Shown: in pieces, positions 36,639 through 46,597 of the stretch
Position numbering within the stretch: position 1 is the stretch's first letter
Layout of the letters: the number at the start of each line of letters is the position of its first letter
NCBI GenBank assembly: GCA_000146045.2
Contig: BK006937.2
Location: forward strand, 252,621-316,620
DNA from: TPA_inf: Saccharomyces
Taxonomy: Eukaryota
Reading direction: 5' to 3'
DNA length: 64,000 nucleotides
Notes under the pieces: model-generated
Told to the model about the DNA's origin: nothing
Databases searched by the model: none
What the model saw: the letters and a program-made list of their open reading frames with translations, nothing else
Made by a program: the position numbers and the translations under genes

Positions 36639-37394
36639 TATGAATTCAGGTTATGGATCGCACCAGTGCTGTAAGTGTCTCTCTTTTTATTCTACGATCT
36701 CCATATAACAACCACATCTCATTTCTTTACCTTACTGTCCATTTAATGCTAGAAAACTTCCGAATATTGTATTATTATTACCCGGATATGTCAAGGCGGT
36801 ATATTAAGATGTTCCTTTCAAAAGTTTCATTATACCGCATACGGTAAGGACAGCCATAAGTAGTTTTACTGATAAAATATGGGGCTAAAGAACTGTATAT
36901 TTATGGATAGCACTAAAAGTAAAGATTTTCCCCGTGTCCTGACTTGGAGAAACAAAATTTCATTGTCATAAAAAACTTTTAAAATATGATATTCAAAGCT
37001 TGAGCATTGGGCTTCTGGATGACAGTTCTAATCAAGTTGGGTCTAAGGATATTGCATGTATACAAAGGATTCTTTCGGAAAGTAATCCTGAAATATTTTT
37101 TTTTTTCGTCTGAACATACGAAAGTAAATAAAAAAAGTTCAATGCATGCCTTCCTATGCAAGATTTATAAAAGGTGAACAGGTCAGGAGCAGCCACATCT
37201 CAATAAAGGCAGTTAAAGACGGTGATGTAGGTGCAGAAAGAGAAAGTGAACAAAGGATGATTTGAGATGTGTAATGATTCGTTTGAGCAGCAACAACTGC
37301 TAAGATATTCATACTAATAGGCCACTTCACACATTATGCCTTGGAGAATATCCTGCATTGCTCCTTTTATAGTATAGTCTATTCAGCACTAACA

Positions 37395-37590
37395 AGCAAA
37401 GCGAACATAATGGTAAAACTAACTTCAACTGTTGCTGGTGTCGCCTGCATCGCTGGCCCTCCCCTCCACTACGGCCATTTTAGCACAACTTGAATGAGTC
37501 AACTTGGTTGAGTTGCATGTTAACGTCTCTGATATCAGAGCTCACTTGCTCAATAATACATGTTACAAACTGCCCACTAAATTGAACACT
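37395..37590 (+). pseudogene. Degenerate relic of a PAU (seripauperin) gene
   Basis: atggtaaaactaacttcaactgttgctggtg... aligns with the PAU3 5' coding sequence and its leader (cagcactaacaa...ca atg gt[ac]aaa[ct]taacttcaa), including ...gtcaacttggt.gaatt.ggtgtt.acgtctc.gatatcagagctca.ttg.ctcaata.tac. It is interrupted by stop codons and frameshifts after about 27 codons. Confidence 0.6.
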
Positions 37591-38748
37591 CTAACATTAT
37601 ATTGACCTGAATTATTTGAAACGAAGTCAACAGAATGATCACTGATTTTCCAATGTACTCCGCTATGTTGAAGCTAGCCATCTTAAGCGATCAATGACGG
37701 TGCTCAATCATTCTTCGAAATGGGCTAAAAATGACAGTTGAAATATATTCTTTACGTTCATTTTTTTTCATACTGCAAACCCATTCTAGAACCAATGGTA
37801 AAAGTGACGGGAGTTGCTTTCTTTTACTATTTCAATGATAGCTATAGCCTGCATACACACAAAAGAATGTAAGTGATTGCGTGAAAGCTTAAAGTCTTAA
37901 AACTGTATTTTTTTCAACTCCTCCCATATATTAAACTGGTCCTCACAGTTCGCAGGATAACTAACAATTAAAAAAATTGTTCATATGGTTGTATTTCTTT
38001 CCGTCTCACATTATTAAAATTCAACGAAGAAGTTTCTACAATAACAGACAAGGGCCTACGATTACTATGTACTGGAAGGTGAGTCTTGAATTCATCCTCA
38101 GAGATTGTTCTAAAGACCAACAGAAATCCATATAGATTACCGTAGTTACTCTGATGGAATTTCAGAGTAAGACCCTTGTCAACTTCATCACTTTAAGTTG
38201 AGATGTAGAAAGACACTTTTGTAAGGTCTCCAACAAGTATATTTGATAAATAGACTGTTGAGCTACAAAAACTCAATGTGAAGTAAAAGACCTCATAAAT
38301 GATCGATTATCTGTTTGGCAGGTACTAATAAAACTGCATTGGTGTCTTTTTTCACTTACGTTAAAAAAAACTTTTTGCAATGATTTAAGCGTGCGTGAAG
38401 ATAACACTACAATCCATTTTAAAGCAACATCCACATTGAGTGTATACACCACAAAGGTTTTTTCAGGGCGTTTTTCTCGCCACTTTATGTTGACCAAAAT
38501 TATTAATGGAACTTACAACGTTTCCAAAAGTTAGTTAAATACATACGTCTATTTACTAAGCAAGAAATATATCATGACAAGCCCAAATATTATATTGTTA
38601 TGTTTACAAAAAAAAAATGGCTATATACATCAAGTCTGGAGGCTTTTTATAACAAGCAAGTGGGGTAACTTAGACATAAGATTGACTTCTTTGAATTCAA
38701 CAAAAATACATACTTTTGATGATTTCAATGGTAGAAGCAGTAGTAACT

Positions 38749-39092
38749 ATGCCGATGAAATAAAATCCTGATATCATCTATATAGTAGTACTCACGTTAC
38801 TAGTATATCATCTATAAGATGTAGGAAAATGTCATAAGAAATGAGAAACAGTCATTAAATTTAATGGAAACGAAATGCAAGGATTGGTGATGAGATAAGA
38901 TAATGAAACATAGAAAACGAAAGGAGAAATAACAGTAGTATTATTATTATTATTATTATGTAGAAATATTGACTCTCTCTTGTAGATTCATATATCTTCA
39001 AGGGGAACTTCTTGTACATTTTGTATACCTATATTATAGCGTTTAACAACAATGGAATCCCAACAATTACCAAAATTTTCACACATTCCTCA
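38749..39092 (+). mobile_element. Diverged solo delta (Ty1/Ty2 LTR)
   Basis: About 344 bp that align to the Ty1 LTR: ...acgttactagtata...aacgcaaggattg.t.atg...tgtagaaatat...caacaatggaatcccaacaatta...cacacattcctca. Confidence 0.65.
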
Positions 39093-39301
39093 TATAAAAT
39101 CTAAGCAATGACTAGAGAACTATCGCTAAATTATATAGAGCAAGGAAACCGAATAATTACATGTGTCAGATAAGAAAAAAATAAAGAAAACAACGCGTCA
39201 TGAAAAAGAGTTACTGAACCTTCAGATCCTACTTATTGTAATGCTTCGCGACATCCAATCCATTTAATAATCAATTTAAAACTAGAGTTGGTAGAGTTCC
39301 T

Positions 39302-39547
39302 TGTTGAACGTGATAACCCAAAAGCATAATACGAGTAATGTTTCAGTATTGCTATTATATGTTTACACAAGGAAAACATATAATAACAAACCTCTAATCC
39401 GGTAGTACTTAAGAAACTATAGTTTCTATGTACAAAAAGGTAACTATGTAATTCTTACATTTACATAACATATAGAAGGGTCCAATAAACTTACTAAACT
39501 TACTACCTTGTTGTATATAGGCTAGATCGTAATCCACTACGTCAACA
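39302..39547 (+). mobile_element. Solo LTR with TGTTGA...TCAACA termini, consistent with a Ty5 LTR
   Basis: A 246-bp element with terminal inverted repeats, immediately left of HMR-E. Ty5 is known to target silent chromatin. Confidence 0.5.
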
Positions 39548-39670
39548 TAAAAAAAACTTAAGGAGTTTGAATTTTATGTACAAACAGATTGTTAAAATAT
39601 AATATAAGATTATGGAAACGAACTTGCTCTAAAAAAAATTTAAAGTTTTATAAAATCCTCGCACTATCGC

Positions 39671-39908
39671 TGTTATACATGATGTCCCCAAAGCGTGTAC
39701 AAATAATTTTGTAGTATTGTATCGGTAATATCATACAAGAAGAAAATAGTTGCAAATCTCTAACCCACTAGTACTTAAAAAAACTGTAGTTTCAGTGCAA
39801 AAAAGTTTTAACATTACGTATCTTGTACCCTTTTTATTGCATATAGAAAGGTCAAATAATCCTTCACATCATGAAATATAAGCTAAATCGCATTTCTTTT
39901 CGTCCACA
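39671..39908 (+). mobile_element. Second, more diverged copy of the same LTR family, in direct orientation
   Basis: Aligns with 39302-39547, for example ctctaa.cc..tagtacttaa.aaaact.tagtttc and atatagaa.ggtc.aataa, and ends cgtccaca versus cgtcaaca. Confidence 0.4.
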
Positions 39909-40053
39909 TTTGCAAACAAAACTTTTCAATAATAATTTTATAAATAGTATCAATATATATATATATATATATATTTATTTGTTTACTTTTTCTATCAGTG
40001 TTTTCAATTTTTTATTAAACAATGTTTGATTTTTTAAATCGCAATTTAATACC

Positions 40054-40149
40054 TAAATATAAAAAATGTTATTATATTGCAAAAACCCATCAACCTTGAA
40101 AAAAAGTAGAAACGTTTTATTTAATTCTATCAATACATCATAAAATACG
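40054..40149. promoter_or_regulatory. HMR-E silencer (ORC/ACS, Rap1 and Abf1 sites)
   Basis: An ACS match, TAAATATAAAA (the complement TTTTATATTTA fits WTTTAYRTTTW), lies at 40054-40064. A Rap1-like AAACCCATCAACC lies at about 40083-40098 and an Abf1 consensus ATCATAAAATACG (RTCRYN5ACG) at 40137-40149. An (AT)n tract at 39953-39976 is adjacent. Confidence 0.7.
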
Positions 40150-40558
40150 AACGATCCCCGTCCAAGTTATGAGCTTAATCTTCCATAAAAATATTTGAAA
40201 GCAATAGATCATGTACTAAACTAAAATCAGGGAAATTAAGACTCCTTTTGAAGTAATACCTATTACTTACTAATACGTTTGAGAATAAGCGCAGGTACTC
40301 CTGGTTTTTGTTAAAACTACAAATTTATACTTAGCATTACGAAGATTCTCGATTCCGAAAAACAAAAATTTTATCGTCATATACAAATCTAGAAATTACC
40401 AGAGCTATCCATCTTGTTCAAGAAGGTAGGCGAGGACATTATCTATCAGTACAAACATCTTAGTAGTGTCTGAGGAGAGGGTTGATTGTTTATGTATTTT
40501 TGCGAAATATATATATATATATATTCTACACAGATATATACATATTTGTTTTTCGGGC

Positions 40559-40918
40559 TCATTCTTTCTTCTTTGCCAGAGGCTCACCGCTCAAGAGGTC
40601 CGCTAATTCTGGAGCGATTGTTATTGTTTTTTCTTTTCTTCTTCTATTCGAAACCCAGTTTTTGATTTGAATGCGAGATAAACTGGTATTCTTCATTAGA
40701 TTCTCTAGGCCCTTGGTATCTAGATATGGGTTCTCGATGTTCTTTGCAAACCAACTTTCTAGTATTCGGACATTTTCTTTTGTAAACCGGTGTCCTCTGT
40801 AAGGTTTAGTACTTTTGTTTATCATATCTTGAGTTACCACATTAAATACCAACCCATCCGCCGATTTATTTTTCTGTGTAAGTTGATAATTACTTCTATC
40901 GTTTTCTATGCTGCGCAT
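40559..40918 (-). CDS. HMRA2: Silent a2 ORF (the 119-aa C-terminal alpha2-homeodomain segment)
   Basis: The ATG at 40918-40916 gives [13 protein letters not shown]...[11 protein letters not shown]..., which is identical to the C-terminal part of the alpha2 homeodomain protein. The full open frame runs to 41176 (205 aa) and matches alpha2 from [11 protein letters not shown] onward. Confidence 0.85.
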
Positions 40919-41214
40919 TTCTTTGAGTAATACAGTAATGGTAGTAGTGAGTTGAGATGTTGTTTGCAACAACTTCTTCTCCTCATCACTAATCTTACGG
41001 TTTTTGTTGGCCCTAGATAAGAATCCTAATATATCCCTTAATTCAACTTCTTCTTCTGTTGTTACACTCTCTGGTAACTTAGGTAAATTACAGCAAATAG
41101 AAAAGAGCTTTTTATTCTTGATTTTTGTTCTTTCGGGGAAACTGTATAAAACTTCCAAAAAGGAAAAGTAAAACAATACATCTCCTTATATCAAAGAAAA
41201 TCAAGAAGGACAAC

Positions 41215-41701
41215 ATGGATGATATTTGTAGTATGGCGGAAAACATAAACAGAACTCTGTTTAACATTCTAGGTACTGAGATTGATGAAATCAATCTCAA
41301 TACTAATAATCTTTATAATGTATGTTTTCATTTCAAGGATAGCCTTTGAATCAATTTACTAACAATACTTCAGTTTATAATGGAAAGTAATTTGACTAAA
41401 GTAGAGCAACATACATTACACAAAAATATTTCTAACAATAGGTTAGAAATATACCACCACATTAAAAAAGAGAAGAGCCCAAAGGGAAAATCATCAATAT
41501 CACCCCAAGCACGGGCATTTTTAGAACAGGTTTTTAGAAGAAAGCAAAGCCTTAATTCCAAGGAAAAAGAAGAAGTTGCAAAGAAATGTGGCATTACTCC
41601 ACTTCAAGTAAGAGTTTGGGTATGTAATATGAGAATCAAACTTAAATATATCCTATACTAACAATTTGTAGTTCATAAATAAACGTATGAGATCTAAATA
41701 A
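41215..41701 (+). CDS. HMRA1: Silent a1 homeodomain gene with three exons
   Basis: Exons at 41215-41319, 41374-41619 and 41672-41701 give 126 aa plus a stop. Both introns have GTATGT donors, TACTAAC branchpoints and AG acceptors. The spliced product ends ...PLQVRVWFINKRMRSK, restoring the WFxNxR homeodomain helix 3. Confidence 0.85.
41320..41373 (+). other. a1 intron 1 (54 nt)
   Basis: GTATGT...TACTAAC...CAG. Confidence 0.8.
41620..41671 (+). other. a1 intron 2 (52 nt)
   Basis: GTATGT...TACTAAC...TAG. Confidence 0.8.
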
Positions 41702-41747
41702 ATTCGTTTTCAATGATTAAAATAGCATAGTCGGGTTTTTCTTTTAG

Positions 41748-41771
41748 TTTCAGCTTTCCGCAACAGTAAAA
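41748..41771 (+). other. HO endonuclease recognition sequence at the Ya/Z1 junction
   Basis: tttcagctttccgcaacagtaaaa matches the MATa HO site; it is kept uncut here by silencing. Confidence 0.7.
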
Positions 41772-42184
41772 TTTTATAAACCCTGGTTTTGGTTTTGTAG
41801 AGTGGTTGACGAATAATTATGCTGAAGTACGTGGTGACGGATATTGGGAAGATGTGTTTGTACATTTGGCCTTATAGAGTGTGGTCGTGGCGGAGGTTGT
41901 TTATCTTTCGAGTACTGAATGTTGTCAGTATAGCTATCCTATTTGAAACTCCCCATCGTCTTGCTCTTGTTCTCAATGTTTGTTTATATACTCATATTTC
42001 TATGTGTTTATACAATTGCTATTGTTTATATAATGTAGTGACATTTTCTCTTAATCTTATACTAATTTCTATGACATTTATATAAGAAGAGACTTATGAT
42101 CAACATAATTTTGCAAACTTTGAGAGAAATATGTCTTTCTACTGCGATAAAGTTATTATTTAGATTACATGTCACCAACATTTT

Positions 42185-42300
42185 CGTATATGGCGATATA
42201 ATTTATCATGTTTTGGTATGATAATTTAATTTTTAAAAAAACAAATTTAATTGACCTCATTAATTAATATTTATTAATACCTTTAAATGTTGAGGTAAAT
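42185..42300. promoter_or_regulatory. Putative HMR-I silencer region
   Basis: Lies between Z1 and the delta. It has an Abf1 consensus on the reverse strand (cgtatatggcgat = CGTN5RYGAY) at 42185-42197 and a 10/11 ACS match (atttaattttt) at about 42226. The assignment is positional and weak. Confidence 0.35.
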
Positions 42301-42382
42301 AGCTATTTTCTCTCTTCTTTTCCTTTAGTTGGAATTTGCACAAGAAAATGTTTTTCCACACACTTTAGCGTTTTTTCCTAAA

Positions 42383-42710
42383 TGTTGGAATAAAAAACAA
42401 CTATCATCTATCAACTAGTAGTCACACTACCAATGTGTTATCATTATACTGTGTTAAACAATGACATAAGGTATGAAAATTTGTCAACGAAGTTAGAGAA
42501 AGCTGGATGCAAGGATTGATAATGTGGTAGGAAAATGAAACATATAACGGAATGAGGAATAATCGTAATATCAGTATATAGAAATATAGATTCCCTTTTG
42601 AGGATTCCTATATCCTCGAGGAGAACTTCTAGTATATTCTATATACCTAATATTATTACTTTTATCTACAATGCAACCCCACAATAATATAAAAATTCAC
42701 CAATTCCGCA
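42383..42710 (+). mobile_element. Ty1 solo delta LTR
   Basis: Begins tgttggaata and matches the Ty1 LTR along its length (...ggaatgaggaataatcgtaata...gaggattcctatatcctcgaggagaacttctagtata...). It lies about 150 bp upstream of a tRNA gene, the classical Ty1 target window. Confidence 0.8.
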
Positions 42711-42863
42711 TCTGCAGATTACTTTCCTAAATTTGCATATAGAATTGTCAAGCGCAAATCCGACGTCGATTCCGCGGCGGATGGGTCATTCTAGGTCATT
42801 CTACCAATTTTATTTGAGACCAGGTTTATTCAACCGGTAACATAGAAATATTCATACAATTAA

Positions 42864-42936
42864 GCTTCTATGGCCAAGTTGGTAAGGCGCCACACTAGTA
42901 ATGTGGAGATCATCGGTTCAAATCCGATTGGAAGCA
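42864..42936 (+). tRNA. tT(AGU): tRNA-Thr (anticodon AGT)
   Basis: A 73-nt sequence, gcttctatggccaagttggtaaggcgccacactagtaatgtggagatcatcggttcaaatccgattggaagca, with an acceptor stem pairing GCTTCTA with TGGAAGC, a D-loop AGTTGGTAA and a T-loop GGTTCAAATCC. This gene is the known right-hand boundary element of HMR heterochromatin. Confidence 0.9.
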
Positions 42937-42943
42937 TTTTTTA
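42937..42943 (+). terminator. Pol III T-run terminator
   Basis: A run of six T's directly after the tRNA 3' end (ttttttatcac). Confidence 0.6.
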
Positions 42944-44428
42944 TCACGTTATTCGGTGACACCCAGGTTGCCGCCGCGTTCGCGTCCATCGTCATCTGAA
43001 AAATAATGAATATTAATGGACCTTGTGCCCCATAAAGGTTCCATGTTCCATAAGTCTTCAATAATACTTTTGTATATTAAATTTACCGTTATTCGGAGAT
43101 CTCTTACGGCTTATGATTTTCTTTACATTCCAGGCCGCCTTTTGATGACATTCAGTGCGTCACGACGCGAATAGGGCTTTGAAAGCCTTAATGTGGAGTA
43201 AATAAATATATGAATGCAATAAGTAAACATAAGACGAGTTCTTCTATATCCGGTGTACCTAATAATATAGATTTTGCCAACAATGGAATCTCATTACCCA
43301 TCCCAAGATAAAATATTGATCAAGGCATGGGCCACCAACATAGGAATACGCAAAATAGGATTGATATTTTTACATATTATATTATCTTTCTTCTTCTGTC
43401 TCAAATATAGCTCTTCTCCTATTTAAAAAATTATCAATTCTTGAATCTCAACTTCCATTAAATTTGATGATTGTTTCCCAATATCGATGTCATCTTTTTA
43501 CACTGTAAATTATAATTTACTAGGAACATGAATACTGATCAATGGATGATAGTTGATTCTTATTGCAATAAAAAGTACTTTCTAAGACGCTAGGACTTCT
43601 AAACACAGATATTATGAAAATGCCAAAAAATACAGAATATTTTCCTTCTTTTCACTATAACAAGTAGTAAGAAATTAAGCAATATGGTAATTTGAGCTTA
43701 TCAGATAAAAGATCCTGGTAGTCTTGCAAAGGTGTGAGTACTTTTGATGAAACTAAGTTTCAGCGCAGCTATTTCAATTTTGGAACCTTTAAAGAAAGTT
43801 TAATCGAAACATTGAACGATCCAAAGCACAACTTTGTAGCGGGAAGTCACAAACAAATATAAAAAGTGTTAATAAACTGCCATCCTATGTTAGAATTGTG
43901 AAACTTTTTGGACTAATAAAAGGTTTTCAACATGGTGTTCCAAAGCACTTATTTCTAGGTTAGCTATGGTAACGAGTTTTAACGTAATCAAAACAATATA
44001 CAATTCAAGATCTGTATCATTTACACTAACACACCCCATTTTAATAGAGCTGAGTACTTCCTACATTTCTTTTGCATATGATATCGCCACTGCATCATTT
44101 CTGTAGTCGTAAAATTTCCTTCTCATTAAGACACCGAAAATAGCTAAGGATTATAACAAAACAAACAAATGCTCAAACAAAACTTTTAGTAAATCTTTTG
44201 AAATGTAAAAGTTACTTAGAATAACTAAAAAAAAAATATTACGCTATACCATATATTTCCATTCCCAATTTTATCGTTTTATAATAATATTCAGTTTCAA
44301 GAACAATGAATATATTTCAAACATTACATGCACTCTTGGGAGTAAGCTGCATCATAATAAATTAAAATTAACGCTTTAGAAAAAGAAATTTTGAGGTTAA
44401 AGGATGGAGGAAGAAATCGATACCAATT

Positions 44429-45985
44429 TCAACTTTGATCGACCTGTCTGACTGAAATTATTTCTGCGTTTTTCTTACTACAATTAGTACCATTCTCTTC
44501 AACTTCAATAGTTCTAACCATTGATTCTTCATCTGTCTCATCAAATCCCATCTTACCAGTCCAGCCATTGGATACCAAATAGTTGTGAAATTCAACGTCT
44601 TGCTTCATTAAATCGCTTTCAAGAGAATGTGGAACAAAGAAATATGTAATAATGATACCAATAAGACCACAAATTGCAGCAATAATAAAAGTCCATCTTG
44701 CACCCAAATTATCCCTAATGGGTTGGAAACATTCGACGCCTACTACAGAACCGATTTTACCAGTCACAGCAGATAAACCATAGAAAACACCTCTAACAGC
44801 GGTTGCTGACGCTTCACTACTAATAACACCAAGCATATCACCTGGTCCAGCATTACCTAACATATTCATGAATGCGTAGAAGATAATAAACAAGGGGGTG
44901 ATTTTTTTCAATTGGTCGTACGCACATCCAATGATTAGACCAAAGATGATGTACCCAGAGAAACCAAACATCAACGTATATTTACGACCAATACGATCGG
45001 ACAGATAAGCACCAATTGGTACACCCAGTACAGCTAAAACTCCCAACAGTAAGTTCCACTCTGCCACTTTTACTAAATCATTTTGGTCCTTGATAACGGA
45101 ACTGATAATTGTTGAACTGAAAATACCATTTGGGAAGGTAACAAAATCATACATAAACCATGTACCACATGTACCAAGTAACCTTTTCCAATAAAATTTC
45201 AATGCTAGGAAATATGGTATATTTCTCTTGATTCTACCTTTTTCATAGACTTCTGTAGTAGCAGTCTTCCATCTAAAATAGAACACACTCAATGGCCAGA
45301 AGCACCCTATTGCAAAAACAGTCCTCCAGATCGCCTCTAAATGTTTTGTTCCTGAACAGATTTTGTAGACGATTAAAAAGATGATCGTAGCAAATGGACC
45401 ACCGAAGGCTAGTGGCAAATTTGTCACCATAACCAGGATACCACCTCTTTTGGTAGTGGTATATTCATTAGCAGACTCATTAGCACTTAATGTACTGGTA
45501 GGATATTCTGCACCAACACCAATACCTACCAAACCTCTCATAACTGTTAACATCCAAAACATGCCAGGTACAGTAGTACCGTGAGAGGCAGCACACAGAG
45601 CACTACCAATAACCAAGATAGCAGTGGCCACAAGGATACAAGATTTTCTACTATAATAATCAGCAGCGATACCCATAAAGAATTGGCCAAAAATAATACC
45701 AACTAGGGCTGCGTTGGAAACTCTAGTCGACACTTTTGAGCTATAGTTTTTCTTACCGTACTCCATAACAAAAACCTTGTTTAGCATACTCATTGAACCA
45801 TTTACGTAACCATCACTTATCAGAGCAAAACCGGACGCAATGATTGTAACTATGTTTTTCCATTTATCTTTCTTTGAGGTTTCAGTACGGGTTGCACGCC
45901 TCTCGGCATCATATTTTATTATTCTAGGATTAGTGTTCTCGTTCACTTCCTTCTCATTTACCGATGTGATATCTTTGTCTTCCAT
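44429..45985 (-). CDS. GIT1: Glycerophosphoinositol/glycerophosphocholine permease (MFS)
   Basis: 518-aa ORF with 12 predicted transmembrane segments and MFS sugar/phosphate-transporter motifs. Confidence 0.9.
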   Translation of the reverse strand: MEDKDITSVNEKEVNENTNPRIIKYDAERRATRTETSKKDKWKNIVTIIASGFALISDGYVNGSMSMLNKVFVMEYGKKNYSSKVSTRVSNAALVGIIFGQFFMGIAADYYSRKSCILVATAILVIGSALCAASHGTTVPGMFWMLTVMRGLVGIGVGAEYPTSTLSANESANEYTTTKRGGILVMVTNLPLAFGGPFATIIFLIVYKICSGTKHLEAIWRTVFAIGCFWPLSVFYFRWKTATTEVYEKGRIKRNIPYFLALKFYWKRLLGTCGTWFMYDFVTFPNGIFSSTIISSVIKDQNDLVKVAEWNLLLGVLAVLGVPIGAYLSDRIGRKYTLMFGFSGYIIFGLIIGCAYDQLKKITPLFIIFYAFMNMLGNAGPGDMLGVISSEASATAVRGVFYGLSAVTGKIGSVVGVECFQPIRDNLGARWTFIIAAICGLIGIIITYFFVPHSLESDLMKQDVEFHNYLVSNGWTGKMGFDETDEESMVRTIEVEENGTNCSKKNAEIISVRQVDQS

Positions 45986-46497
45986 TTTTTATCCTATTCT
46001 ATTTTTTTGATTATAAGCAAAAAGATCAACTCACGTCTGCGGCTGGTTGACTAGTCACAAGAAACAGATAATAAATACTGTAACGAACATCTGCTACAAC
46101 TACATTCATCGGGGTTTATATATTCACGAGTTTCCTACTTCATCCAGACACATTCTGGATGTCTTCCAGCAGATGTCCCTCATCAAAGAATTAAGATAGC
46201 CAGATTGAAAAACTAGGTTAACCAGAGAACTAAGTTAACTAATGTTGGAAAATAATCCTACGATACAGTGGACGGAATGCCCATATGCCTATATAATCAA
46301 TCCATGCTAAGGTGGGGGTCCAGTAAGGAAATTCATGAATATGAAGATAAATGTGGCACCAAACGGCAACGCGGAAGACCGTAGGATCCAATCATATAAC
46401 CCCTATTATTCTAACATCATTGCTGTTGGGTACAACATTCTACGCCGCTATTACTACGTGCTGCTTCTTTTGATTCTCTGCTTTCTTTACCGTCATG

Positions 46498-46597
46498 CAC
46501 GTGCGCCGCGAAAAGTATTAATCATGCGGACACTCTGGCATTTAGGGGATACTGTCAAAAAGACTATGCTCAATACTGTCATATTCATATGCACGTT
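46498..46597. promoter_or_regulatory. Candidate Pho4/E-box sites upstream of GIT1
   Basis: CACGTG at 46498-46503 and CACGTT at 46592-46597, about 500-600 bp upstream of the GIT1 ATG. GIT1 is phosphate-regulated. Confidence 0.3.

Larger units (their letters stand above)
40414..41998. other. HMR: HMRa silent mating-type cassette (X-Ya-Z1)
   Basis: Holds divergent a2 and a1 genes. The X/Ya junction is inferred at about 41118, where the a2 ORF begins to match alpha2, and the Ya/Z1 junction at about 41760, inside the HO site. Boundaries are approximate. Confidence 0.7.

Noticed and set aside
36653-37161. Small ORFs (64 aa on the plus strand, 60 aa on the minus strand) between OCA4 and the PAU relic
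   Set aside because: No domains and AT-rich. They may correspond to a catalogued dubious ORF, but nothing in the sequence supports coding.
41819-42085. 88-aa ORF in Z1 and right of HMR
   Set aside because: It lies in silenced DNA right of the cassette between Z1 and the putative I silencer and is hydrophobic low-complexity; it is not credited.
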